Shown: in pieces, positions 52,473 through 64,000 of the stretch
How the letters are laid out: every line of letters starts with the position of its first letter
Position numbering within the stretch: the stretch's first letter is position 1
NCBI GenBank assembly: GCA_964016885.1
Contig: OZ024740.1
Coordinates: 437,720,001-437,784,000, forward strand
Origin: Eledone cirrhosa
Lineage: Eukaryota
Reading direction: 5' to 3'
DNA length: 64,000 bases
Position numbers and translations under genes: made by a program
Notes under the pieces: generated by a model
Databases searched by the model: none
Seen by the model: only the letters and a program-made list of their open reading frames with translations
Told to the model about the DNA's origin: nothing

Positions 52473-52773
52473 CAGTGGAACCGCGGATCATGCCTCACAT
52501 CATGAACAAATTGGTTCATAAACAATTTTTCTGACTATAAAACGTCTTGGTTCATGAACTGTGTCTCAAGTAAGAAACATGCAAGCCGGCAACAATGGTT
52601 GGGAACAAGCTGGGAGTATCGACAGGAAACCATCACTTGCTGGGTAGTTGGTTACTATGATGATATCTATGTCTTTCACACTCAGTCTCTTTTTCACTGT
52701 ATTTCTCTCTCAACATTTCGGATGACAAACTGCCTTCAGGAATGAATTCAGTTCCTGAACTGAGGTTCCACTG
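52473..52773. mobile_element. Tc1/mariner (pogo/Tigger-like) MITE
   Basis: TA|CAGTGGAACC ... GGTTCCACTG|TA. Confidence 0.75.
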
Positions 52774-53727
52774 TATTGCATTTGGTATTTGAGAATTTTC
52801 ATGAATTACTTCCCTTGAGAGGCCACCTTGCTAGAGAAGAGGTATACTATCTGCCAGTCATAACTCTTAGCAGAAGCACCACTGCTTTTCTGGTGGAAGA
52901 AGGCAGGGTTTAAACTCAGTACATACAAAGCTGGAGCAGGCACTGTAAAGTATCCTGTCCAACACTAAAAATGTTGCTGATCCACCACCAGTGGATTAGG
53001 ACTTTATTAATCAAAACTGGAAGAAGGAAAGACAAAGTTGATCTTGGTAGCATTTGAACTCAGATCAAATTATTTAATCTGTCAATTTGTTGCCAAAATG
53101 TATAAGGATTATATTATCTTAGAAACACGTGTCTTTCCATTTTAAAATAGTAGGATGTGATATCTTAATATTTTATGAAACTTATGTCATCTCCGTCATG
53201 ATGTTAAGACCAAGCTGACAATATACCATAATACAAAAGACACAGCTTCTTGTACAAGCACTGTGACACAAAAACTAAATGTTGTCAATGTTGGAAATAA
53301 ACAGACAGTATAAGGTTTGAGAGGATCCTTCTGTCTGGAAGGATGTAACAACCTCTCAGGCCACATCCTCTTTCTATGCTGGCATAGACAGTCTGAGACC
53401 AGCTGGGTTGGATCAATCCATATTGCTCTTACATTCCATATATGACATAGATTCTAAGACTATTTATAGCAACTACCCCACAGGATGTACTGGGTGTGTT
53501 TATTCATGGTACTACCTCTACCATTTTACAGAGTGTACTGGGTGCATTTTATTGTAGCACCAGCTCTAGAGAGGTTGTCATGCTTGGCTAAACTAAAGAG
53601 ATTTTTCTACCATCAATTGTCTCTGCCAACCACATAACAGTGTGTTGTGGCCCCATCACTAGAGAGGTGGTAGGTATTCACAGGGCCAAAAGGTCCTCTC
53701 CTCTCTATATATGTGATTTTATTATTA

Positions 53728-54350
53728 TTGGTGCATTGGCTGTAGAATCGGTAGAGCGTTGGACAACATGCTTTACGACATAGAGTTATTTCCCTTTATG
53801 TTCTAAATTCAAATCCTGTTGGGGTTAGCTTTGCCTTTCATCCTTATGGGGTCAATAAAATAAAGTACCAATGATGCACTGGGGTTAATTTGATTGACTT
53901 TCTCCTCCCCTCATAATTGTTGGCCTTGTGACTAAATCAGAAACCATTATTATTGTTATTAAGGTAGATTGGTAGAATTGTTAAAACTTTGTAGTACTTG
54001 ATCTTGCTTTTTACATTCCAAGTTCAAATCCTGCTGAGATCAATATTGCCTTTCGTTCTTTTGGGGTTGATAAAATAAAATATTAGTCAAGTACTAGGAT
54101 TGTTTTAATAGACTTTTCCCTCTCTCTCCAAAATTACTGGCTTTGTGCCTAAAACAGAAATCATATGGCAGTATCAGTAAAGCATCTGACGCCATGCTTT
54201 GTAGCATAGAGTTACCCCCCTTTACGTTCTGAGTTCAATCCTCCCGAGGTTAACTTTGCCTTTCATCCTTACGGGGTCGATAAAATAAAGTACCAGTAAT
54301 GCACTGGGGTAATTGCTGGCCTTGTGCCAAAAGTAGAAACAATTATTTTT
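53728..54350 (+). mobile_element. Three tandem tRNA-SINEs (Meta/MESC-like)
   Basis: Repeated GCCTTTCATCC..GATAAAATAAAGTACC domain. Similar clusters at 34388-34670, 37110-37450 and 55180-55570. Confidence 0.8.
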
Positions 54351-54455
54351 ATTATTATTGTCGGTGTTGTTGTTATAGGTATTGTGGGTGTTGTTGTTCT
54401 TATTATTGTAGGTGTTGTTGTTATCTTTTAAATATATTTTTTTTTTCATTTTTAG

Positions 54456-54595
54456 AAAAAGAAACTCAAAAGTCTCAGCTTGTAAAGAGTCAGATGGTCG
54501 ATGTAAAACCAGTTTTGTGTCCTGTATGTGGACAAATATTTTCAAAGAGAAGTTTAATGAAGGAACATATGAACACTGTTCACCTTGTAGTGCAG
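54456..54595 (+). CDS. ZNF423: ZNF423-like penultimate exon with one C2H2 finger (phase 1 to 0)
   Basis: ttttag acceptor and gtaatt donor. CPVCGQIFSKRSLMKEHMNTVH. Phase fits 40744. Confidence 0.8.
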
Positions 54596-56195
54596 GTAAT
54601 TGACTAAGCTTCTGCAAACTAATTTTATAAGTTCTTCAGCTAAATCACGTCACATTTAAAACAGGAGACTTTCAAACACATAAGCTAAGTTCTTTGAAGA
54701 GGATTGATACGTGCAGTTATGTTCAGTGTTGTTAAAAACCAATTTCTTTGCTGAAATCAACCATATTCAATACAGAGATTGCCAAATCTCAAAAGGTATC
54801 CTTCATTTGAATTATTTTTAATGGTATTTATTAAATATGTCCCATTATTACATTTTAATTCCAATAGTTAAGCCATGTTGTCATTTCACATCAGATTTTT
54901 TTTTATTAAATTTTGATTAGTAATATATTTTACAAATTAATTATAAAATCTCTTCATTACTACATTTTGTTTTGTTTTTAGATAAGAAAGTTTAAGCAAA
55001 CAAAAACCAATTTATTTTCTCTTAATTGTATCTACTTGAATATTTTCATATAATCGATCTTTCTACTTATTAACTTGTCATAAAAATTAGAAAAACGAAT
55101 TTCTTTAATTTCACTATTTAATATGATTATCAAGTATAAAAGCAGAGGCCATTATTTAGTTGCATTATTAATTTAATATCGGTGGATTGACAGTATCGGT
55201 AGAGGGTCTGACGCCATGCTTTGCAGCAAAGAGTTACGTCCCTTTATTATCTGAGTTCAAATCCCGTCGAGGTTAACTTTGCCTTTCATCCTTACGGGGT
55301 CGATAAAATAAAGAACCAGTAATGTACTGGGTAATTGCTGGTCTTGTGCCAAAAGTTGAAACAATTATTAATTTAATAAGGCGATGAATTGGCAGTATCG
55401 ATAGAGGGTCGGATGCCATGCTTTGACGCATAGAGTAATTGGGCCTTTACGATCTGAGTTCAAATTCCGCCAAGGATAACTTTGCCTTTCATCCTTACAG
55501 GGTCGATAAAATAAAGTACCAGTAATGCACTGGGATAATTGCTAGCCTTGTGCCAAAAGTAGAAACAATTATTTAGTTGCATTATTAATTTAATAATTAG
55601 TCTAATTTATGTTCTTGCTATTATTTTATTACCACAAAATAATGTTCTATTAGGTTAAGCTTTTTGCCTTTAAAACTCGTGAAAATGGCACTTTTATAGA
55701 ATATACACCTTTAAATGGTTTTTGTGTGAAGAAAAATAAGTATTTAGTGTACAGCCCTGTAGAAGTCATTTCTATATGACATAAATATGTACCTTGTCTC
55801 CTAATGTATTGAGTACCTTATTTAACTGTGGTATCCTTCCGTTCCTCTTCAGAAAACCACCCATAATTATATATATATATGTGTATATATATATATATAT
55901 AGTTTAGACAGGTAGGGAAGAAAAGTGTACATAACAATTTCAAAGACTCATGAAATTTGTGCCAGGGAGAGAAGGTGCCTTCAGACTGGAGATCTAGTCT
56001 GAATGTTTACAACAGAGTAGTCACTGTTAAGGGCATTCAAGGGCCAGGTAGTACTGTTAAACTGAGCAAGGTCAAGTCTCCACACCCAAGATATGTATAA
56101 AAGACAGTAGATAGAACATTTTGAGAAGATATAGTATTAGTAGTTTCTATTTAGTATAAAGCAGTTTGATAATATTTATATTGTGTTTGTTGCAG

Positions 56196-56501
56196 GAAAG
56201 CAAAGCAAGTACACAAAGTAAGACAGCCTCCACGTCTACAACTAGTACGGAGTATAATGATGCAAATGGTGATAGTCAGAGTTGTGCAAGTGATGAAGCA
56301 AATGAATTGAATCACTCTTCTCCCCATCAGACTGCCATTTCTACTTCCCCAGTTTCAGTTAGTTTGGTCAACATGAAAATGGAGATTTGTCTCCCAGAAA
56401 ACCAACAACAGCCATCAAGTGAAGAGGATGAAATATTTAATGATATCAACCATAATTCACAAGTAACTGCTGACTGCAAGATGGACAGCTCCGAAAACTG
56501 A
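56196..56501 (+). CDS. ZNF423: ZNF423-like last coding exon (Ser/Thr/acidic tail)
   Basis: ttgcag acceptor, phase 0, stop TGA at 56499-56501. Followed by repeat-poor UTR-like sequence. Confidence 0.72.
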   Translation, partial: ESKASTQSKTASTSTTSTEYNDANGDSQSCASDEANELNHSSPHQTAISTSPVSVSLVNMKMEICLPENQQQPSSEEDEIFNDINHNSQVTADCKMDSSEN

Positions 56502-58140
56502 AAATGATATATCTACATCCATGTCAGAGGCTTAACTGTTATTATTGCATTCTCATCTTCATTATCTATATTGCCAACATCATCTTCTTCATTGCATTGA
56601 TATCATCCTGAACATTTTTGCAACAACATTAAAGACAAAAAAAAAATCATCCAAAATGATGATACAAATTCAGTTTTATTAAAAGAGAAATTAAAACCAA
56701 ATTGAAAATGAAGGGTTATCATATATTAACAAATTACACCAATAAAAAAGAATAAGATTGGTCTAGTTTGACTAAAAGACAATGGTCTTAGCTGGAATGC
56801 TTTAGATCATATATCTGCTGGATCAGGGCTGACTTAAACAATAACATCAATGACAACATTGCTCCCTGAAAGCAAACATAGTTTCTCACCTGCTTTTCTT
56901 CTTCTTCCTTTTGCATCATAAACCTGTTACCATATTATTCAACAATGATCACCCCCTCTCCGTGTGAAATAACTACTTATTTTTTATCTGTGATACCGTG
57001 AAGTCCAAAAATAAAATTATTTTATTTGTCAAGTCTTTTATCACCTGCTACAAGAATATTTTATTTGCAATTTATAATCTTTTGTTGGTTAAAAAACATC
57101 TTTCCTGCAAATATACCAATTTTTTTCAGTAATTTCCTCCCTTTATTCTGCTTGTAAATATAACTTAAAGCTTGACTTTAAAAAAAAATAACTTGGTTTA
57201 ATCTCAAATTATTGAGATATGTAAATGGGGTGGTTATTAACAAAATAACCAAATTTTAATCCCTTCCACTACCATATAAACATTGATGAAACAGTTTCAT
57301 TGTCAAATATTAATTGAACTAAACGATTAATTTGAGAAACCTTCACAAACCCTCCTTCTCTCTCGCACCCACCACATACATGATGGGTAATCATCAATAT
57401 GTTAATAAATTAACAAATTATGTCTCACCACACCACACACAAAACACAAAATAGAATTTTCAATGTGTAAACAATCATATTTTGTTAATGTTTTCTTAGA
57501 ACTGTTGTAAAAGTTCAACTATAATTACCTTAGCAGTGTACATTCCATGTCTTTGACAACCTTGCCAATATTCACATTCTTTGCCCTATCAATGTTAACC
57601 ATTTCAAATCAGATATTGTCATCTTCAATGGAAAAGATTCTTGTCGAGTTATTGTGTCAATGGATAAAAAGAGGAGCTCTGATGAAATGATTACCTTAGA
57701 AAGGTAATGTTTCCAACTTATTCTTTGTTCAATACTAATATTCTGAGACAGACAACAGCCTGTTAGAACCCTGCTTTGTAATTAACACCTGTTAGGAAAC
57801 ATTTTCGAAAATATCCCTAACAAAAACAATAATTGTCATACATCTTCAAAAAAACTTTTTTTTTTTACGAAAAGAAAATTGAAATTGTTGTTTAACTTAA
57901 TTCTACATATCTTTTTTTTTTTAGGATATTCTAAATCATGTATATTTATGAAGATGTGTGTTAACATGAAACCTCCCACAAATGTTCATTATGAAAGATT
58001 AAAATCTAGAAGCTATAGAAAACCAGTAAACATATTATTTGCTATAAAACAAAAACATTTACTGTTTGCCTCAAAATCAAATAATTTCATATATTTGTTT
58101 ATTTAGGATTTGAAAGAATATTGTGTTTTTCAATAAAATA

Positions 58141-58328
58141 ATTGTTTCTATTTTTTGGCACAAGGCCAGCAAATACCCAGTGCATTACTGGTACTTTATT
58201 TTATTGACCCCGTAAGGATGAAAGGCAAAGTTAACCTCGGCGGGATTTGAACTCAGAATGGCAAGGACCGTAACTCTATGCGTCAAAGCATGGCGTCTGA
58301 CCCTCTACCGATACTGCCAATCCACCGC
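58141..58328 (-). mobile_element. tRNA-SINE in the putative 3'UTR
   Basis: Reverse complement of the 8928/55180 family. Confidence 0.8.
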
Positions 58329-59338
58329 CCTTTTCAATGAGAAAATAATGCTTAGCAATCACTCATTTTCTAAAAGTCCTTTTCTTAATAATAAATGAAA
58401 CTAGTTTCTTTTATTGTTTTTGATTTGTGAAAAATGATCTGTACTTGGCTTACTTTCTGAGTGTAATTGTTAAATTTTGTGTGTGCACTTCTAGAAATAG
58501 TTAAATGTTTTCTAATCTTTTAGATAATAATTGTGTAGAATATCCATCATGCTGATATTGCAAATGTGAACCAAGTTATTTCCCTTTGAACTTTATTTTT
58601 TAAAAAATTCATTTTTTTTTTTTTTTTTATATCGAAGCTTGTCACAAAATATATTTTAGAAATGTGTTTACAAGCTAAAAAAAATTTTTTAAGAAATTTT
58701 CCCCTCGAAATCTTACAATTTTCATAGTAATTTTTTTTTTTTTTTTTTTTTTTTTTTATTCCTGATACCAAATTCTGTTCTTCATGCCGAGGATATCTCT
58801 TTAATGTCAGTGTGTTCTAAGTGGTTGCTACTCAAATCTGTGTTCTTTGAAACCTGCTGGCAATTCGTTGCCTGGTCCATACTTTATTTAACCAGTTCTT
58901 TTGGCATCTACATCATTTATTAGTTCATCTCACTCCAAACCTTCAACTCTACTTTTTATTTTTATTATAATTGTAAATACATCTAGTTATTAGATGTATG
59001 GGTGTATATGTGTATATAAATCAACATCTTAAATGCTAGTGTATGTCTATGACTACATCTATATTTAGATGTACATGTGTATGTTTATTCATCTGTCCAA
59101 ACAGACCAGACATATCTAATGGTTTAAATTCATTGACTGGACTTGTCCACAAATGTCAAATATATCAGTCTGGCCCTGTTCTACACAAAAGTCAGTGAGA
59201 GGCAGATTATGTACTTTCTGTTGCTGTTAATTACAGAGCAATGTTATAACAATGCCTGTACAGAATGATCTAGGTCTATAATTCGTCTGCTGATTGAATG
59301 AAAGTGTTCTGGTGTTTACTCAAACATCAAATGTATTG

Positions 59339-59362
59339 AAATAAAATGATGAAATAAATAAA
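59339..59362 (+). terminator. Candidate polyadenylation signals of the zinc finger gene
   Basis: Clustered AATAAA followed by a T/GT-rich tract at 59371-59395. Alternatives at about 56741 and 58132. Confidence 0.4.
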
Positions 59363-59574
59363 TGATCTGCTTTTTTTTGTTTGTTTGTTTTTTTCCACCT
59401 CTATATTTTTTTTTTGTTCACTCCATAAGATCCGAGGAGAGTTTTTGGCTGAGAGGGTCTCTTAAAAGAATTTAATTTAAAATTTCTGGAGATTGTGAAA
59501 TACTTTTTTCGATAATTTTTGTTTTCTTCAGATATTATAGAGTAATAGAAGAAAAAACCCCAGTAAACTACTGT

Positions 59575-60165
59575 CTTCTTCTTCTTCAATCCCTAGCTGG
59601 TGATTGGGGAGGCTGCCCTCTTAACCAATACTGTGGGTGCCACTGGATGATGGGTTCTGATGATGATGTTCTTCCATGGTGCTGACCTTAGCATGATCGA
59701 GGTTGAGGTGCTGTGATTTCAGGTCCTCCTCGATTTATTTCACTTATGTCTTCTTCAGTGCGTTGGATTTTCCAGTGCATGGGTTGCAGTCATGACAAAA
59801 GTTGGTGTGGTAGTCTTCCAGAGCTCATCCAACTGACATGGCCAAACCACTGTAGCCTATGTTACTACAATGGTTGGCTGCTGTTGGCATTGTTCTTGGA
59901 TGTTGTTGTTTGAAATTTAGTCTTGTAGAAAGGCACTAAGATTCTGACAAAGACATCGTATTTGGAACACCTAAAGCTTGCTTAGTTCTTGTTTGAGGAT
60001 GGTCCAGGTTTCAACACTGTAAAGAACAGGTAGGACCAGCATGTGGTAAAGATGGATCTTTGTCCTTAGGGAGATATGAGGCTTCATCCAGACACAGCGT
60101 GGAAGGGGTCCAAACACAGAAGTTGAAGGCCCAATTCAGGAGTTGATCTCTGCTGTTGACACCAT
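59575..60165 (-). mobile_element. Old RTE/BovB-like 3' fragment
   Basis: Minus strand reads ISLRTKIHLYHMLVLPVLYSVETWT; (GAA)n tail. Confidence 0.7.
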
Positions 60166-61339
60166 ACTGTAATTATATTTGTTTATAAATGTAGTGAGAA
60201 AAATAATTCCTTAATTATAACAAAGACTATTATTTAAAATCTTTTTGTGGTAAATTAATTTTTAGAAATTTTGATGGCGAAGAGGAACTATACATGATGA
60301 AGGATTAATATTCCATAATAAAGGGTCATGTAGGTGTCACGATAAAAAGCACCCAGTCCACACTGTCAATGTGGTTGGTGTTAGGAAGGACATCCCGCCA
60401 TAGAAACCAAGCCAAAATCAGTTCTGTGTGAGCAAAACAAGGTCCTCCGACCTGAATTTCTCACAATCAGACAGCCCGTCCTACCCATCCTAGTGTGGAA
60501 AATGAACGTTAAACAATGATGAAAATAATGAAATCTGAACAGACATAACATTAAATATTTAATCAGTTTTATATTTCAATATACACACATTATATGGAGA
60601 CATCAAGGTTAAAAATAGAAATAGTGTATTTTAAAGTTTTAAATTTGTGTGTTTGTGTGAATTGTTCCTTTCATATAAAAGATGTGCTATTGACAATCTT
60701 GGAGGTTTTATGTCAACTATATTTTACAGGCAGAAGTTATACAATAATGGAAAATATTAATAAAGGATAAAAACAAAATTAAGAAATGGTAAAATGGGAA
60801 GGGGTAAAGAAGGACAGATTTGGCTGTATAGGAAAGTAAGAAACTATAAATACTATAAATAAGATGAAAAGAAGGAAAAAGCAAGGACTATATGTGACTA
60901 TGTCACAAAAAAGTACCATCCTGCTTTGTAAACATCTGTCTCAGATCTGTTCTCTCTAACATCACCATGTTTGATGTCCTTCTTTCATTCGTCTTCATCA
61001 TCATCATCATCATTGTTTAATGTTTATTTTCCACACTAGCATGGCTTAGACGGGTTGTTCCATTTGAGGCAAGTCAGGTCAGGTGACCGTTTCTTGCTCA
61101 TATAGAACTGTTTCTGGTTTGGTTTCTATAGCTGGATGTCTATTCTAACGCCAACCACATTTAGTGTGGGTTGGGGTGGGAGTGATTAGGAGGTGGATGG
61201 AGTGTTAGGGCACGGGAGGTGTATGGAAGGAGAAGTGAGTGTAGGGGGTTAAGTGGTACATACTAGATGTATGCTTCTATGCGTGCACATGGGAAAGTGG
61301 GTCTTCTGTATTACTACATAATGCCTAAGCAGCCCTCCC

Positions 61340-62400
61340 CCTAACCTGCTATCAGGAACACATCTGGGTGGGGGTTTCCTCACTTCAGAGAGGTGCATCC
61401 TTGCGAGGTGGAAAGAAGACTTTGTTGATCTCCTAAACCCGATTACATCATCTTTTGATGTACATGAAGTGCATCTGGGAGCAATGACCAATCTCTCGGA
61501 GTCGGAGGTCACAAGAGCAATTAAAGAGCTAAAATGTGGCAAGGACACTGGGGAAGATGAAATTCGGCCTGGGATGTTAAAAGCCTTAAATAGAGTAGGA
61601 ATTCTCTGGCAGACTCGTGTGTGCTGGGTGGCCTGGATGTCTGAAAAGGCACCTAAACAATGGCAATTGGGAAATATAATCTCAATTGTCAAAAAGTGAG
61701 ACAAGAGAGATTGCTCCAGTTAAGCCTCACTGGTAAAGTCTATGCCAAATGTCTTGCAAAGAGATGTAGGGAGATTGCTGAGTCTAAGCTAGTTGATGAA
61801 CAGTGTGGCTTTCACCCCAGATGCAGCACAGCTGACCAAATATTAACACATGGTATTACTTAACTCAACAGAAGGTGATCTCTGACTTGCACTTGATAGG
61901 TTTGCGGCTGAGTGCTGTAAAAACTGAGACAGTCATCCTCTCAAGGAATCCTGTGCAGTGCATTCTACATGTAAATGGAATTCCACTGAAGCAGGTAGAG
62001 AACTTCAAGTATCTCAGTGCTGTGTTCATGAGTGTTGGAAAGCAGGAGGCTGAAGAAAGTGCAAAAATTGCAGGAGCTGGTGCAGTAATGCATCAGCTTC
62101 AGCATTCAGAAGAAGGGAAGTAAGTGTACACTCCAAACTCTCTCTTCAATTTAGTATTTGTGCCAACCCTTTGGGTAATGACCGAAATAATACGATTGTG
62201 AATACACGCAGACGAAATGGGATTCCTCTTAATGGTCTTTGGAATAACGTTACTTGATAGAGTGTGTAGCTCAGAGATGAGAGAGTCACTCCAGGTAGAG
62301 CTGCTACCTCTCTGAATTGAGAGATCACAGCTCCAATACTATGGGCATGTGGTTAGAATGTCTGGAAAAAATTACTGGACAGATTATACGGACAAAGCCA
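61340..62400 (+). mobile_element. Decayed RTE (Expander/REX3-like) RT fragments
   Basis: GEDEIRPGMLKAL, EQCGF..STADQI and LKQVENFKYL. Confidence 0.75.
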
Positions 62401-62473
62401 ACTGCCATTAATGAGAGGATAAGTGGGGGAGCAGGGACTACTAGACAAGAGAAGGTGACAAACTTTACATCTA

Positions 62474-62838
62474 CTCTCGGGTTGCAAATAATAGAGGTGG
62501 GGGGCTGGAGATTCGGTAATTATTCTAGGTTGCCTGTTGATTTAAAAAAAACAAACAGAATTAGTCGTTTAGTTTATATATTGAGACGCCAACCCATCCT
62601 ATTTATTTTATAACGTGTAGGACTTCTTTTAATGTACTTTTTTTGTCATGTATAATGTTTTGTTTTTTTAATGTCTAAAGAAAATAGTCGCAGGAATGTT
62701 ACCACTTAAAATAAAATTTCGCCGGAGATAGATTAGCAAAAAATTAATTAGTGGAATGGGGTGGAATAAGAACGGGGAGGGATGGAACAAATTTGAAAAA
62801 TTAATACGCGGGTGGAATGATTATTCGTGACCCAAGAG
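62474..62838. mobile_element. MITE, second copy of the 46432 family
   Basis: TA|CTCTCGGGTTGCAAATAAT ... ATTATTCGTGACCCAAGAG|TA. Confidence 0.7.
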
Positions 62839-62932
62839 TAGTTCAGAGCAGTGCTGCGGCTGTGAATTCTTTTTAATTAATGTAATAATTCAAGGGAAGT
62901 AACTCTCGATAACGTTGCTACGGACAACCAAG

Positions 62933-63427
62933 ATGACAAATGCTGGGAAAAAAATTACTATATCAGGAAAAGTTTTAGGACCGGAAACTGGACGCCAAAT
63001 AATTGAAGCTATAAATAATGGAAATATCGCAGTTGTTCGTAAGTTATTGCGAGCGGGAATCGACCCTAATATCCGAGATGAGGACAACCAGTCTTTGATC
63101 AATATTGCTAGCCGTTTAGGAGATCTAGAAATATTAAATACACTTCTTGAAAAGGAAGCTTTGGTTAATGCCTCCACTGGTGATGGTCGTACAGCTTTAC
63201 ATGTAGCTACTAAAGCTAACCACCAACACATTGTTAGAAGACTTCTCGACGTTGGGGCTTCGACAATGGCCAGAACTTTATCCGGATTAAAGCCGATTGA
63301 CTTTGCAAAATATGAAAGTCGAATTTGGTATATGTTGAAATATGCTGAGATAAGACAAAGAGAGAAGGGAACCGGGCTTCTATATCGTCCTTCCATGTCA
63401 CCCAAGAAAGCTCGTCGAAACTGGTAA
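62933..63427 (+). CDS. Ankyrin-repeat protein (about 3-4 repeats, 164 aa; may be the first exon of a longer gene)
   Basis: ATG in ccaagATG context. GNIAVVRKLLRAGIDPN, GDLEILNTLL and GRTALHVA..IVRRLLDVGA. Possible donor G|GTAAAA at the end. Confidence 0.78.
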   Translation: MTNAGKKITISGKVLGPETGRQIIEAINNGNIAVVRKLLRAGIDPNIRDEDNQSLINIASRLGDLEILNTLLEKEALVNASTGDGRTALHVATKANHQHIVRRLLDVGASTMARTLSGLKPIDFAKYESRIWYMLKYAEIRQREKGTGLLYRPSMSPKKARRNW

Positions 63428-63519
63428 AAAAACGAAAAAAAACTTCCAAATAGTTTTTCCCTTCTCCCCCAATATTTCTGGCCATGTACCTAAATTAGAA
63501 ATTATTATTATTATTAACT

Positions 63520-63760
63520 GATCACCAAGTCGTGCCAATCGTCATTGGGGCGTTAGACACGGACCCTTAAGACTTTCATCAAAAGCCTTGAGATCCCTGA
63601 ATTAATAGGCAGTGCCCAAATTTCTTCCATCATTAGCACTGTCAGAATCTTACGTGATATATTGAGCCTCTGAGATCAGGGACTGTTCTCAGACCTATTA
63701 ACATGCTGCACCTAGCAACCAATTGCTAGAGAAACCTTATTGTTGTTGAAAATTAGGTAA
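63520..63760 (+). mobile_element. Dong/R4-like 3' remnant
   Basis: QVVPIVIGAL..TVRILRDIL, directly after (TTA)n. Confidence 0.6.
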
Positions 63761-64000
63761 GTTAGATTAACGTTAATAGCCCCAACTGACGTTGTTTTGA
63801 CTAACAAAAATGGTCTAAGTAAGGCCCTACTTAGACTACTTTTCTAAGCCATTAACTTAATTCTAAGTTATCTTAACTTTCAAAAATTCGTAACTCAACA
63901 CTTTTAAAAAGTAGATTGTTTGCATTATTATTATTAATGATTTCTAGTTTAGATACAAGGCCTGCAAATTTGGGGGCAGCGAAAAGTTGATTAAATCAAT

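Overview
AT-rich, intron-rich animal DNA. The SINE/LINE repertoire and the (TA)n/(GAT)n microsatellite load suggest a coleoid cephalopod such as an octopus (inference). One multi-exon host gene runs across most of the window on the + strand: a ZNF423/ZNF521 (Oaz)-like multi-C2H2 transcription factor. Five in-phase coding exons are recognisable (22114-22370, 35254-35393, 37572-40744, 54456-54595, 56196-56501); the 5' exon(s) were not found. A short ankyrin-repeat ORF lies at 62933-63427. The rest is mostly mobile DNA: a Penelope-like element (RT + GIY-YIG) with inverted terminal repeats, about ten RTE LINE fragments whose RT carries an inserted PHD finger, a decayed Tx1 LINE, Dong/R4 and CR1-like fragments, two tRNA-SINE families, MITEs and minisatellites. 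There is a 200-N gap at 26213-26412. The least expected signal is a dispersed set of type I hammerhead ribozymes from several different families, in small Penelope-derived modules embedded in (TA)n tracts. It includes intact sense-strand intronic copies, a conserved CAGAAGA core variant, versions with a long stem II insert, and perfect palindromes that fold back at ribozyme hairpins. All structures were read by eye, and mobile-element boundaries are approximate.
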